Source: Octopus vulgaris
Taxonomy: Eukaryota
NCBI GenBank assembly: GCA_951406725.2
Contig: OX597821.1
Coordinates: 92,814,001 to 92,878,000 of the forward strand
Reading direction: 5' to 3'
Length of the DNA: 64,000 bases
The position numbers were made by a program, and so were the translations under genes. Positions 13,355 to 25,914 of the stretch are shown here, one piece after another. Under the pieces are notes generated by a model. That model had not been told where the DNA came from, ran no database searches, and was given only the letters and a program-made list of their open reading frames with translations. Positions within the stretch are counted from its first letter, which is position 1; every line of letters starts with the position of its first letter.

Positions 13355-13980
13355 GGCGGTGAGCTGGCAGAAACGTTAGCACATGGGGCGAAATGCTTTG
13401 CAGCATTTCGTCTGTCTTTACGCTCTGAGTTCAAATTCCGCCGCGGTCGACTTTTCCTTTCATCCTTTCGGGGTGCGATAAATTAAGTACCAGTTACGCA
13501 CTGGGGTCAATATAATCGACTGTCCCCCTCTCCCAAAATTTCGGGCCTTGTACCTAGAGTAGAACAAAAACTATTCTAAGGCGGGGAGCTGGCAGAATCG
13601 TTAGCACGCCGGGCAAAATGCTTATCGGTATTTCGTCTGCCGCTACATTCTGAGTTCAAATTCTGCCGAGGTCAACTTTGCCTTTCATCCTTTCGGGGTC
13701 GATTAAATAAGTACCAGTTATGCACTGGGGTCGATGTAATCCATTTAATCCGTTTGTCTGTCCTTGTTTGTCCTCTCTGTGTTTAGCCCCTTGTGGGTAG
13801 TAAAGAAATAGGTATTTCGTCTGTCCTTACATTCTGAGTTCAAATTCCGCCGAGGTCGACTTTGCCTTTCATCTTTTTGGGGGCGTTAAATTAAGTACCA
13901 GTGCAACATTCGGGGTCGATGTAATCGACTAGTACCATCCACCAAAATTTCTGGCCTTGTGCCTTTAATAGAAAGGATTA
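13355..13980 (+). mobile_element. Two adjacent SINE family A copies (13355-13565; 13580-13980 dimer)
   Basis: Same head and central domain as 690-1114. Confidence 0.9.
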
Positions 13981-13987
13981 TCTGCTT

Positions 13988-14195
13988 CGAGAGGGTGTCT
14001 GAAAAGTTCCTGACTTTTATGATATCCCAAAATGTCAGGTTAGAGGCCCAACCTTCCGAGTTTTTTTTACAAGGCTTACAAAAACTGAAGGACTGCTGTA
14101 ATAAGTGTGTGAATATGAGAGGGGGAATATGTTAAACAAAATCACAGTTAACTAATCCTCCTCTTAAAAACCAGGAACTTTTCAGCACCTCCTCG
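13988..14195. mobile_element. Mariner-type MITE
   Basis: TIRs CGAGAGGGTGTCTGAAAAGTTCCTG / CAGGAACTTTTCAGCACCTCCTCG followed by TA; opposite-orientation copy at 60997-61191. Confidence 0.8.
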
Positions 14196-14231
14196 TATTT
14201 TACCTGCTTATATTAATGTACTGTTTGTTCT

Positions 14232-14465
14232 TTCTCGAGCCACGCTTGGCTCATAAGGGCCGTTTTCTCGGTTTCATTGGCGTATAGGTTCCCCACCAGG
14301 ACGGGATGCCGGTCCGTCGCAGGTGAGCTGCAAGATGCAGGAGGAAAGAGTGAAAGAAAATTGTGGCGAAAGAGTCAGCAGAAGTTCGCCATTACCTTCT
14401 GCCGGAGTCGCGTGGAGCTTAGGTGTTTCGCTCATAAACACAAACATCGCCCCATCTGAGATTCG
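14232..14465 (-). mobile_element. SINE family C variant fragment
   Basis: Shares AAAATTGTGG.GAAAGAGT.CAGCAG and GTGGAGCTTAGGTGTTTCGCTCA with family C; different 3' part. Confidence 0.7.
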
Positions 14466-14539
14466 ATGAGGTGGATGAGGATGAGGAGGGGAAGGGGAGG
14501 GGAGGAGGGGAAGGAGGTAGAGGTGGAGGAGGATTTATA

Positions 14540-15300
14540 AACTTTCGAGGTTAATTGAAATATTTTGGTCCCCCTTTTTCGGAAACTGAATTTGGAAACA
14601 CGTAAAGTTTTTAGTAACAGCTTGTAAATATTGGATTGAAAAAAAAAAAAACATTTTATACCTACGTTGATTCATGTCGGAAAAATAAGAAAGAACTACT
14701 CAAATACAGATTGTAGAGGATATTGATTGTATTGAAACCGAACGTTTGTATCGTGACTCGAGTTTCATGCAACTGCGATCTTTAGACGCGAACTGTTACC
14801 ATTCTGTATCGGTGTTGTATTTATATCCCTTTCCCTTGGTGTGTGTCTCTGTGTACGTAATCTGGTGCTTGTACTTCATCGGTTTGTGTTTTATGCTGGT
14901 TGATCAGGTGCTGTCTTTTAGCCTCTTGTTTAGTTGTTTAGATTTTTTATGTGATGTTTGTATTTCTTATAATGGTGGTAATGGGAGGGTGTTATGAATT
15001 TGTTGATGAGTTGGCGACAAGGCATGTTTCTGTGCGTGCATGTGTGTGCGTGTGTGTATATGTGGTTATATAAGGTGATAAATGTTGTTTTGAGAAAAGT
15101 TGTTTACGAATAGGATAAGCTGTAAAGCTAATTAAGAACATATCTATTATGAGTATCTCTAACCGAATAAATGGTGCTTTTATGGTCGAATTATTTTGCT
15201 GTAATGTGTTGTTAAAGAATTGTGGGGAATTGTTTTGTAAGTAAAAATAATGTATTTTTTATATCTGCTGGTAAGAGAATTTTATTTGCTTGTTTTGAAA
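14540..15300 (+). pseudogene. Possible decayed Penelope-like reverse transcriptase
   Basis: Ordered peptide remnants SSFMQLRSLDANCYHSVS, VMGGCYEFVDELA, MSISNRIN and LLKNCG resemble Penelope RT motifs (FIQFDI..FYPSIS, VTMG, ISNRIS, ALKNSG); judged by eye. Confidence 0.35.
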
Positions 15301-15335
15301 AAATATTTGTGTGTGTATGTGTGTGTGTGTGTGCG

Positions 15336-15416
<81 letters not shown>

Positions 15417-15854
15417 CCGTTTGCATTTTTCTAGAATTTTGTATATTTGACGTTTTTAAATATTTATGTATGTATGTATTTGTCGGGTGTGGTCAGCTAT
15501 CAGTGGTATGCTTGTGTGTATGGCTGAGAGGAATGTGTTTTACTAGCATTGCTTTCTGTAAAATTATGTCCATTGGTCAATACCACAATACATAGCACAA
15601 CTGCATGTAAATTTTATCTCTTTAATACAGAATCAAAATTTTGTGCAAAAGCTTTTCATTCGTCGATTCCCCTCTTCGACAGTGTGGATATCTTGAAAAG
15701 AATTCACGCGAATTTGTCGACATTTAAGATAGGACTATGTAATTTAAGCAGAAAACGTCGGACAACCTATCTTCCATAAAGATGGCATTATAGTAAAGCC
15801 AGGAAGCCAGGAAGCACCATTTGAATGTTTCACTTAATAATATCTGGATCTTAT

Positions 15855-16232
15855 GACGACGAGCTGGCAGAGACGTTAGCACGCCGGGCGAAGTGCTTCG
15901 CGGTATTTCGCCCGTCGCTACGTTCAAATTCCGCCGAGGTCGACTTTGCCTTTCATCCTTTCAGGGTCGATAAATTAAGTACCAGTTACGCACTGAGGGT
16001 CGATGTAATCGACTTAATCCCTTTGTCTGTCCTTGTTTGTCCCCTCTATGTTTATCCCTTTGTGGGTAATAAAGAAACAAATATTTCGTCTGCCTTTATG
16101 TTCTGAGTTCAAATTCCGCCGAGGTCGACTTTGCCTTTCATCCTTTCGGGACCCATAAATTAAGTAGCAGTTGCGTACTGGGTTCGAATAAATTCACTGG
16201 TCCCCTCCCCAAAAATCTCGAGCTTTGTGCAT
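15855..16232 (+). mobile_element. SINE family A dimer
   Basis: Matches 13580-13980. Confidence 0.9.
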
Positions 16233-17134
16233 AACTATTCCGATCTTAAGTTCGCTCAATAAGTTTCGAGGAGGAGGTGGAGGGTGTAGACAAAGTATAT
16301 TGACAAGTTCAAATTCAATATTAACGCAGCTTGATGAGTTGGGAGTTACGTAATGTTTTATGTCCGAGATTTCACGTTCTGTAGTTTCCTGTTTCACCCA
16401 GGTAGACATTAATTAATTATTTTCAGGAGTCATGTTTAATTTATTAGGCAGGGAATATATTTTGTCACTTTTGGAAGAATTATCCGTTTCGAAATGTCAG
16501 TTGACTTTTGCCCCCATGGCATGTATGAATTTTATCCACTTCCTGAACTTTAACTATGCAAAAGTTGTGTTCAGTAGAAGGCTACACCTGCACAAGCCAG
16601 TCTGATGGGATAAACAAATATATATTTCTAATTCATACTCAGTACAGCTAAAGTGCTTTTTAAAAGCTGGAATGGAAAATTGTGAACAAATACAAATACC
16701 CTGTGGTATTTGTTTATATTCTTTAAAAGACCTGACTCTGTTTTGCCATTTTAGCCTTCCATAGTTAATGAAATAATGACTGGTGTCAATTTAATGGACT
16801 ATACCCATGAAGACAACGCTCTGCACATGGCCGCAGTTTAATAAGTAAACCAACAAAACGCTGGCAGAATACGCACGACACACCACTGTGTGAGTGAGTG
16901 TATATATATATAAGTTCAGCAAAATTTAGATTCAAATGAATATGGTACTTAAGTTAGATGCACCAGAATTCTGTATGGTGTTATCCATATAAATCCATAG
17001 GGTGATTATAATCAAAATAAGCAAAATAAGTTATTCTTGTTGCTTATTTTGATTGTATATATATATATATATCAAATGAAATATATGTGATAGCTGGCAT
17101 ATACAGGTGCTTACATTTATGAAGTATTCACCCT

Positions 17135-17561
17135 GAGTAGCTGTGTGGTAAGTAGCTTGTTTACCAACCACATGGTTCCGGGTTCAGTCCCACTGCGTGG
17201 CACCTTGGGCAAGTGTCTTCTACTATAGCCTCGGGCCGACCAAAGCCTTGTGAGTGGATTTGGTAGATGGAAACTGAAAGAAGCCTGTCGTATATATGTA
17301 TATATATATCTATATATATATATATATGCTTGTGTATGTGTGCGTGTATGTTTGTGTTTGTCCCCCTAGCATTACTTGACAACCGATGCTGGTGTGTTTA
17401 TGCCCCCGTCACTTAGCGGTTCGACAAAAGAGACCGATAGAATAAGTACTGGACTTACAAAAGAATAAGTCCCGGGGTCGAGTTGGTCGATTAAAGGCGG
17501 TGCTCCAGCATGGCCGCAGTCAAATGACTGAAACAAGTAAAAGAGTAAAAGAGTAAAAGAG
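17135..17561 (+). mobile_element. SINE family B
   Basis: Matches 30744-31160; (GTAAAAGA)n tail. Confidence 0.9.
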
Positions 17562-17564
17562 TGT

Positions 17565-17617
<53 letters not shown>

Positions 17618-17621
<4 letters not shown>

Positions 17622-18260
17622 AAGTAAATATATGGCACAACGAAGTACCGATATCTACTGGAAATAGCGAACGTAATAATACGACGCTAATGTATAGCTT
17701 CACCGCGTATGTACTAGCAAAAATGCGCGTGTGCAACAAACTAGAAAAAATTGTCTTACCTCCAGGGAGAACATCTGAAAGATGAAATACCTAGAAAAGG
17801 ATAATGTGGGACCGGCGCCGGTTTCAGATTTTTTAAGATATGTCTGCACCCATATACTTGATCTATCTTCATCAGCCAAACATATACCACGACAACATTT
17901 CAGATGTTACCACATTAATGCCAATACACTCGACTGAAACGCCGAAACGCTAACAGCACGGGAACGGTGAAGAAGTTTCAATAAATTAGTAATGCAATAC
18001 TAGAGTATTGCTTTCCAGTAAAGAATAGCCCGTGAGGGAAAAATATACAAAGAAGTAAATATATGGCACAACGAAGTACCGATATCTACTGGAAATAGCG
18101 AACGTAATAATACGACGCTAATGTATAGCTTCACCGCGTATGTACTAGCAAAAATGCGTGAGTGCAACAAACTAGAAAAAATTTACTTCTTTGTATATTT
18201 TTCCCTCACGGGCTATTCTTTACTGGAAAGCAATACTCTAGTATTGCATTACTAATTTAT
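17618..18260 (-). mobile_element. Hammerhead-bearing non-coding element (Penelope pLTR/retrozyme-like)
   Basis: About 135-bp direct repeat at 17618-17752 and 18049-18183 (431-bp period); 80-bp inverted copy of 17981-18060 at 18181-18260; flanked by (TA)n; internal hammerhead. Confidence 0.8.
17807..17878 (-). ncRNA. Minimal type I hammerhead ribozyme
   Basis: Minus strand: UGG-CUGAUGA-AGAU..AUCU-GAAA-CCGGCGCCGG-UC/CCA. Stem I UGG:CCA, stem II AGAU:AUCU, palindromic stem III, GUC cleavage triplet. Confidence 0.8.
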
Positions 18261-18288
18261 ATATATATAAATATATATAATATATATA

Positions 18289-19370
18289 TTGGGTCCGCTA
18301 CTTTTCATAATTTACGTAAACGTCCTTTCCAGTGTCGTACATTACTGCAAAGTGAAAATATTTGCTGATGACACTAAGCTCCAGCAAATCGTCAATGAAG
18401 AAGCAGACCGAACTCAACTCCAGTCTGATCTAAATGATGTGAGTCAATGGGCAGACAGAAACAAAATGCAACTGAATGAGGGAAAATTTGAGCTGATGCA
18501 TTTTGGAAGAAATTCCTCACTAAAACAACCATACTCTCTTCCTTCAGGGGAACCGCTCACAGCCTCTAACAATATCAGAGACCTGGGTGTAATTGTTGAT
18601 GACGATCTCAGTTGGAGTGCACACATCAACAAGAAGGTCGATATAGCTCGTAGTTCCTGGATCTTAAGAACTTTCCGGTCCAGAGAACAAGGTGTCATCA
18701 TACCACTTTTTTCCTCCTTTGTACGGCCACACCTTGAATACTGCTGCCCACTGTGGTCTCCTCACACAAGACAAAACATCTCCAGAATTGAGTCACCCCA
18801 GAGGGCACTCACTAAACAAATTGAAGGCATGGCTGCTCTCGATTATTGGGATCGCCTTAAAACCTTGAAACTTTACTCCCTCCAGCGTCGCCGTGAGCGG
18901 TACATCATTTGTACGATGTAGAAAATATACCGCCAACTTTGCCCAAACGACCTAAACATTAGCTTCAAGGTTCATCCAAGACATGGACCACGGGCTATAC
19001 GTCCCCTGCCCAATTCAAGATCACAACATACATGTACACTGCAACATAATTTCTTTTCCTCAACAGGCCCTGCCCCATTTAACATTGTCCCGAGGGAGAT
19101 CAAAGAGGAAAAGGATCCCATCAACTTTAAACAGAGTCTGGATAGATTCCTTCAAAGAATACCAGATAAGCCACCCATAATTGGATACAACTCACCCAAC
19201 AAGAACTCACTACTTGAACAAAACTGGATACAACTCACCCAACAAGAACTCACTACTTGAACAAAACTTGACTTAAACAGGATTCGAATAATCCTATCAG
19301 GTGGTGCTATTAAGTTAGACATGGCCTGGACCAATCTTTGGTCGAAACATATCTAAGTTTATCTAAGTTT
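18289..19370 (+). mobile_element. 5'-truncated CR1-like LINE (RT C-terminal half plus 3' UTR)
   Basis: GPLLFIIYVN..IFADDTKL..RDLGVIVD..RPHLEYCCPLWSP..LYSLQRRRERY; a single TAG at 18919-18921 then the frame continues (DRFLQRIPDKP..NSLL); 43-bp tandem duplication near 19182-19267; (TATCTAAGTT)2 tail. Confidence 0.9.
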
Positions 19371-20111
19371 ATATATATATATACTCAGATACACAGAGAC
19401 ATATATATACATATATTCATACACATGTATATATATATGTATTTATGTATGTATGTTTTATATAATCATTTTCATAAACTACGAGAGAATATGAAATAAT
19501 TCTCTTTTTGGAGCAGTGATAGCCTGTAAATATTCGGTTCAATACCCCTTAGACAAGTCGATGACTATCCGTGGGATTCGAACTTACATCTTATACTCAG
19601 ACGCACAAGCACACAAACTTATATAATGCGTTTATGGCTTATCATATCGTTTATGATTGGTGCTTTTACAATTCTCCTCGATCAAGTTATACCTGGGGCA
19701 ATACAAATACATCTACCATTATTACGATTCCACATACGGAAACATTTTCTTAATTACTTACATAAAATTATGAAATATACGAACATCTTCCTGAAATATT
19801 ACTTGCAAATTTGTATCTTAATAATACGCAAATGAAAATAAATATAGACATATACAGTTAAAAATGATTGATTCCAAGTTAATTGCAAAAATAAACACCT
19901 GTCTGTCAGAGTCAAAGGTTTCCTCCAGTAGATAAGACTACACAGTTAAACCTATGCTATGCTGATTGTTGATGCAAGACGAGAGAAGGTAATATACGTC
20001 AGTTCGTTGCCGTTGTTCAGTTACAGAGCGGCACAAAGATATTCTGTTGTAGCCATCCAGTCTTTTGTCAGATATATATGAGTTACATAAGAACATACAT
20101 ATGATATGGTG

Positions 20112-20475
20112 GAAGCACTCCGTCGGTTACGACAACGAGGGTTCCGGTTGATCCGAATCAACGGAACAGCCTGCTCGTGAAATTAACGTGTAAGTGGCCG
20201 AGCACTCCACAGACACGTGTACCCTTAACGTAGTTCTCGGGGATATTCAGCGTGACACAGAGAGTGACAAGGCCGGCCCTTTGAAATACAGGTACAACAG
20301 AAGCAGGAAGTAAGAGTGAGAGAAAGTTGTGGTGAAAGAGTACAGCAGGGATCACCACCATCCCCTGCCGGAGCCTCGTGGAGCTTTTAGGTGTTTTCGC
20401 TCGGTCTCGGAATCGAAACTGCGATCCTATGACTGCGAGTCCGCTGCCCTAACCACTGAGCCATTGCGCCTCCAC
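20112..20475 (-). mobile_element. tRNA-derived SINE, family C
   Basis: Head GTGGAGGCGCAATGGCTCAGTGGTTAGGGCAGCGGACTCG..GTTTCGATTCC on minus strand; matches 51835-52180. Confidence 0.9.
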
Positions 20476-20508
20476 ATATGATATACACTTGTATAGGACA
20501 TAGTAAAA

Positions 20509-20830
20509 GCTCGTGGTTCAGTGGCTAGAGCGTCGGTTATATAATTATGAGGAAGTGAGTTTGATTCTCAGACCGGGCCGTGTGTTGAGCTCTTGAGCAA
20601 GACACTTTATTTCACGTTGCTCGAGTTCACTCAGCAGCGACTTCACTGGTGTCAAGCTGTAGCGGTCTTCGCCTTTCGTTTGGATAAATTGGATAAAGGG
20701 GAGAGCGGGGGCTGATATGCATGGCGACTGCTGATCTTCCAAAAACAACCTTGCCCGGACAAGTGACTTGGATAAAAACATTATAGGTGCAATCCCATTG
20801 TCATTCATGACGGAAGGTGGGGGTGTCTTT
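20509..20830 (+). mobile_element. tRNA-derived SINE, family D
   Basis: TGGTTCAGTGG A-box, CTTGAGCAAGACACTTTATTTCAC core; matches 43497-43750 and 50405-50743. Confidence 0.8.
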
Positions 20831-21573
20831 ACCCTTTACCCTATAGGGCATATCAGTAAACATACCATACTAAATTACACGATTTTTCATACATTGATAA
20901 CTATTTGTATGGAACTCAACTGTTTATTAAGCCGATGAGGCCGGATGTAAGCTGTTACAAGAACAAGAAATTACTATGAAGCCTCATCCAAATCACACCA
21001 TATGTTGTTAAAATGAAAGATGAGATTGGACAATCTAGATTTCCTCTAATCAAATGTTATTGTCTTTGGCTAATACAGTCGTAGATATATAGTCCTTTGG
21101 TTAATTTAGTCCCCTATAAAAACATAAAAAGCAAGATGGTCCGTCTCAGAAATGTTGCTCATCATCTGCTTGATAAGAGCAACAACAATAATAATGCTCT
21201 TGGATTACTCGGTTAACGAAGCAAACTTCATGTTGTTGCCTTATCAAGTTGTAATTGCAGACAAATCTGCATTAAATCACGGTTTGTCATCTTCAAAAGG
21301 AGAGACATATTAGCCAATGAAAGTCCTTGATATCTCAGGTAAAAAATAAATATATAAATAAAAGTTCAGCTAAAACATATTTGAGTATAAGGTTTGTTGG
21401 ACCACGACTCAATCCCTCGCGATAGATAAAATATGTATATTACTTCCCCTCGCCCGACACACACACATGTAAGATTTGAACCCAGAAAGCTAGAATAATT
21501 GCTGCAAAGAATTCATTTCCTGCTGTACCGTCTCTGCCAATAAATGTTAGTTTTAATATGTGTATCTTGAAAA

Positions 21574-21788
21574 GGCGGCGGGCTGACAGAATTGTGAGCG
21601 CACAGCGCAAAATACTTCGCGGGATTTCACCCGTCTTTATGTTCTGATTTCAAATTCCACCGAGACCAGCTTTACCTTTTGTCTTTCTGATGTCGATAAA
21701 ATAAGCACCGGTTGAGTACTGGGATCGATGCAATTGACTTACCCCTCCTCCGAATTTACTGGCCTTGTGCTAAAATTTGAAACCAATA
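21574..21788 (+). mobile_element. Diverged SINE family A monomer
   Basis: Family A head and core with tail GGCCTTGTGC.AAAATTTGAAACCAA. Confidence 0.8.
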
Positions 21789-22564
21789 TGTATAACTTGA
21801 GAAATTTTTAATTAGGTTTCTCTACATCACAATGTATTACTGATTTACTATCATTGTAAAAATAGTGATTATGAATCCCTTTAGGAGAATCTGAATAGAG
21901 ATAGAATCATTTGTTATGTATATTTTAAATCTTTGCAATGGGTCTTCAAAACCTATTGAGGTCAATTTTTTTTCTTTCATCCTTTCTAAATCAATAAAGA
22001 ATGTATGAATCCAGTAGATCGTATGTTGGAACTCTTAGAACGTAGGACCAATTGCTTGCAGTATTTGTGTCAGTGCTTCGATTTATGATGGCAACGCTTG
22101 TGACAAGTCTGATACCAAACTGTATCAACTTTACCTTTCCTTGTACATCGTGGTGAGAAGGGACCTTCATGGATAATTCCTGTTTTATTTTAAATACACA
22201 CACGTTATATGCACACAGGCATATATGTGTATATATGTGTGTTGCGTATTGTGTGTGTGTGCATTTCTCAAAATATAACGCGGATGCTCTCCAATCCGAA
22301 TCTACAGCAATAAAGTTTAAGGTGACTTGTGTAAGGCTTGGCACCAATTTCAACTTGTTCTTGTAGCAGTGTAGCCACCCTTATTGGCTCGATATACAGG
22401 TATACAATATAAATAGTTATTGAGCAGGTATCAACACATGTGTAATTTAGAGTTGTGTGTTCTATGTAGGTGTATATTGAACAAGCGTGTTGTCTACAAA
22501 CATGCTGTAGAGTTTTGTATTCTATAAACCTGTTAACTACATGTGTGTGTATATATACACACAC

Positions 22565-22872
22565 ATGGTTCAAGGTGTCTTGCAGTGGGACTGAACCAGG
22601 AACCATGAGTTTTAGAAGCAAACTTCTTACCACAGCTACTCCCGCATATATATATATATATATATATAAGGTAGCGAATTGATAGACTCCTTAACTTGCC
22701 GGGTAAAAAATGCCTAGTGATATTTCTTCCGCTTTTACGTTCTGAGTTCAAATGCCGCCGGATTCAACCTTACCTTTCATCTCTTCGGAGTCGATAAAAT
22801 ACGGATCGTCTGAACACTGGACTCGACTCCCTCTCCAGACAATACTGGCATTGTGCCATAATTTGAAACCAA
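22565..22872. mobile_element. SINE family B head fragment (-, 22565-22647) and diverged family A copy (+, 22670-22872)
   Basis: Similarity to other copies in the window. Confidence 0.75.
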
Positions 22873-22891
22873 TGTTACACACACACACATA

Positions 22892-23286
22892 TCTTTATAT
22901 ATAAAAGTGAAGTTGTGTGTCTGTCTCCTACGATTTAGATTCCTAACTACTCCCACATTTTGCGGTGCAGTGTAACCAAAACCGGGTATCTTATAGTCGT
23001 GATTCATATCGAGCCCTTCTGGGTATTAGCGCGCATCTACGATGAGTCTACGATTTAAAAAAAATTACCATCATTTTTTCCCCATTTTTAATGCATTTTT
23101 TTGCTATTATATAAGGGAAGTAACTCACGTCTACGATGAGTCTACGATTTAAAAAAAAAATTACCATAATTTTTCCGCATTTTTAAATGCATTTTCGTTC
23201 GGTTTATATAAGGGAAGTAACTCTCTATAAATGCTTATATATTTATTTTCCTTACAAACCCGCGCAACGCCGGGCGATACTGCTAG
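22892..23286 (+). mobile_element. Non-autonomous Helitron
   Basis: Begins TC (A|TCTTTATATATAAAA) and ends CTAG|T; subterminal GC hairpin CCCGCGCAACGCCGGG; no TSD; internal ~95-bp tandem duplication. Confidence 0.85.
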
Positions 23287-23849
23287 TACTTATATGTATC
23301 AGAAATACGTGTGTATGTGTGAGCGTTTATGTATTTTAAGAGGTAAGAGTACAGGAAGAGTCGTGCCTGGTGATGCTGGCAGGTTACAGAATATTTTCTC
23401 AATCATCACAGAAAAGTAGTTTCAACGTAAAAATCACATCTGCCTTGATTATTATTTTTGTGGTTATACGTATACTTAAAATGGTTCTCGTGACAGTTCT
23501 CGTGTTCCATCAATATCCACCGTTTTCAGAAATACAGATGTGCACCGAAATTTGTTGTTTTAATTTATTTTTTACCACAAAAAATATTTCTCTAATATTT
23601 TGTACGTTTCCAGAATATAAACATAATAAAATTACGTTGCTCTAAACTTTTGTTTAAAGGTCCCTTTTGTAGATTCTGATTAAAGTAACGTTTGTGTTGT
23701 ATTTTGAGAAATAGGCAAGCACATCGCTTTCGTTATCTTCATTCCAAGGACGGAGCATTGAATCTTTGTAAGAAACCAGATCCTTCCTCAGATGAAGGAT
23801 TTAAATAATTAAAAACAGAAGCGAACATACATATGTTACATAAATTACA

Positions 23850-23888
23850 TACGCACATACATACATATATGTATATATTTATCATATG

Positions 23889-23948
<60 letters not shown>

Positions 23949-24097
23949 CACACACACACTCATATGTGTGTGCGCACACGCATAATTATTTATGTATATG
24001 CAAGAAAATGTATTCATGGAAACAATACAAATATACAGAAAGGATTCGCTTCCTCTCTACATTTCGAATCGCCGTCTCTCTCTCTCTCTCTGTTTCT

Positions 24098-24135
<38 letters not shown>

Positions 24136-24593
24136 ATACGTGTGTGTGTGAGTGTGTAAATATACATGCATACTTACCTACAAACACACACACACACATA
24201 TATATAGAGAGAGACACAAACAGGCACATGCAAATGTTCACACGCATACTCAGACAAACCCAACAACCCACACACCCACACACACACATGCATGTATACA
24301 CACACACACATATACACACGCACATATACCAATCTATATAATGAATAATTTCGGTCTCATGTAAAAGCGAACCATTTCACGCAATTGTCCAGAGACGCCA
24401 TTTTTACACTGCATCAACAATATTGCTTATTAGCAGTAAAAAAAAACGTAGGTACACTCCCACCCCACATCTTCCACTCTGTCGGCTTATGCAAGTGTGT
24501 ATATTATATATATGTTTATATATATATATGTATATATCTATATATAATGTGTGTGTGTATGTGTGTATATGTATCGATATATAAATTTATACG

Positions 24594-24627
<34 letters not shown>

Positions 24628-25108
24628 GACATACATATATATCTATGTTTGTGGATATATGCATGCACACACACACACACACACACATACACACACTCAT
24701 GGCTTTAAGGAGAATCTAGTGTTGGAATTGTCAAAGAGTGAATACGAGTGAATAAAGGAATGAGTAAGACAACAATCAGCTCATCACAGGTGTGTATACA
24801 CATACATAATATATATACATATATATATATATGTACATACATATATTTATATATATATATTATCTGTGATACATACATATGTGTGTGAGTGCATGTATAT
24901 ATATATATATATATATATTTTATATATATATACATATATATACATACACACCTACAGGTATACACATATGTACGTAATATATTTATATATTTATAAACTC
25001 TAGCATGTACCTTACAAAAATAACTTCATACACAGACATACATACATGTACATATTTGTGTGTATATATGTATATATGTCTCTATGTACCGTTTGTGTGT
25101 GCTTGTGT

Positions 25109-25153
<45 letters not shown>

Positions 25154-25295
25154 TGTGTGTGTGTGTGTGTGAGTGTGTGTGTGTGCATACATGCAAGCAT
25201 AAAAAACAGGGGAGAACGAAATGAACAGAGAGATTGCCAATCTGATAGATAAGACAGACAGAATGGGGTATGAGGGAGGGAGAAGACGGAGGTAT

Positions 25296-25353
<58 letters not shown>

Positions 25354-25428
25354 AGACGGTAATGGAGATTGAAGGAGAAAGAGAGATTGAAAGTGAGAGA
25401 AAGATAAAGAGAAAGATAGTGCAAAAAC

Positions 25429-25461
<33 letters not shown>

Positions 25462-25760
25462 ACATACATACATACATACATACATACATACATACATACA
25501 TACATACATACATACATACATACATACATACATACATACATACATACATACATACATCCAAGGTTCTCTTTTCTTTTCTGCGTTGATTTCGTCTTGATAC
25601 CAAATGCAAGAAGACAGTGTAGTGTGATTTTGTCGAACATGTATTGGAATGCGTGCGTGTATGTGTGTATGTCTGTTTTTGTGTATGTATATGTGAGTAT
25701 GTGTGAGTATGTGTGAGTGTGTGTGTGTGTGTCTGTGAGCGACAGAGAGAGACAGAGACA
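23850..25760. repeat. Mixed (CA)n, (TA)n, (GA)n, (CATA)n microsatellite cluster
   Basis: Directly visible. Confidence 0.9.
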
Positions 25761-25914
25761 GAGTGAGTGATAAAGAATTCACCATTGTACCAGCTTGTTT
25801 TGATCATCATTACTGTCATTTATTGGAAAACTACACCAGGTTACTTAGTACAGGCAACGGTTGATGGAGGAATGCAGTCTGTGGAAGGATAGAAGTAAGA
25901 AATGATGTTAGAGA

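Noticed and set aside
20400-20475. tRNA-like sequence
   Set aside because: SINE head with A/B boxes; it continues into the SINE body and has no complete cloverleaf.
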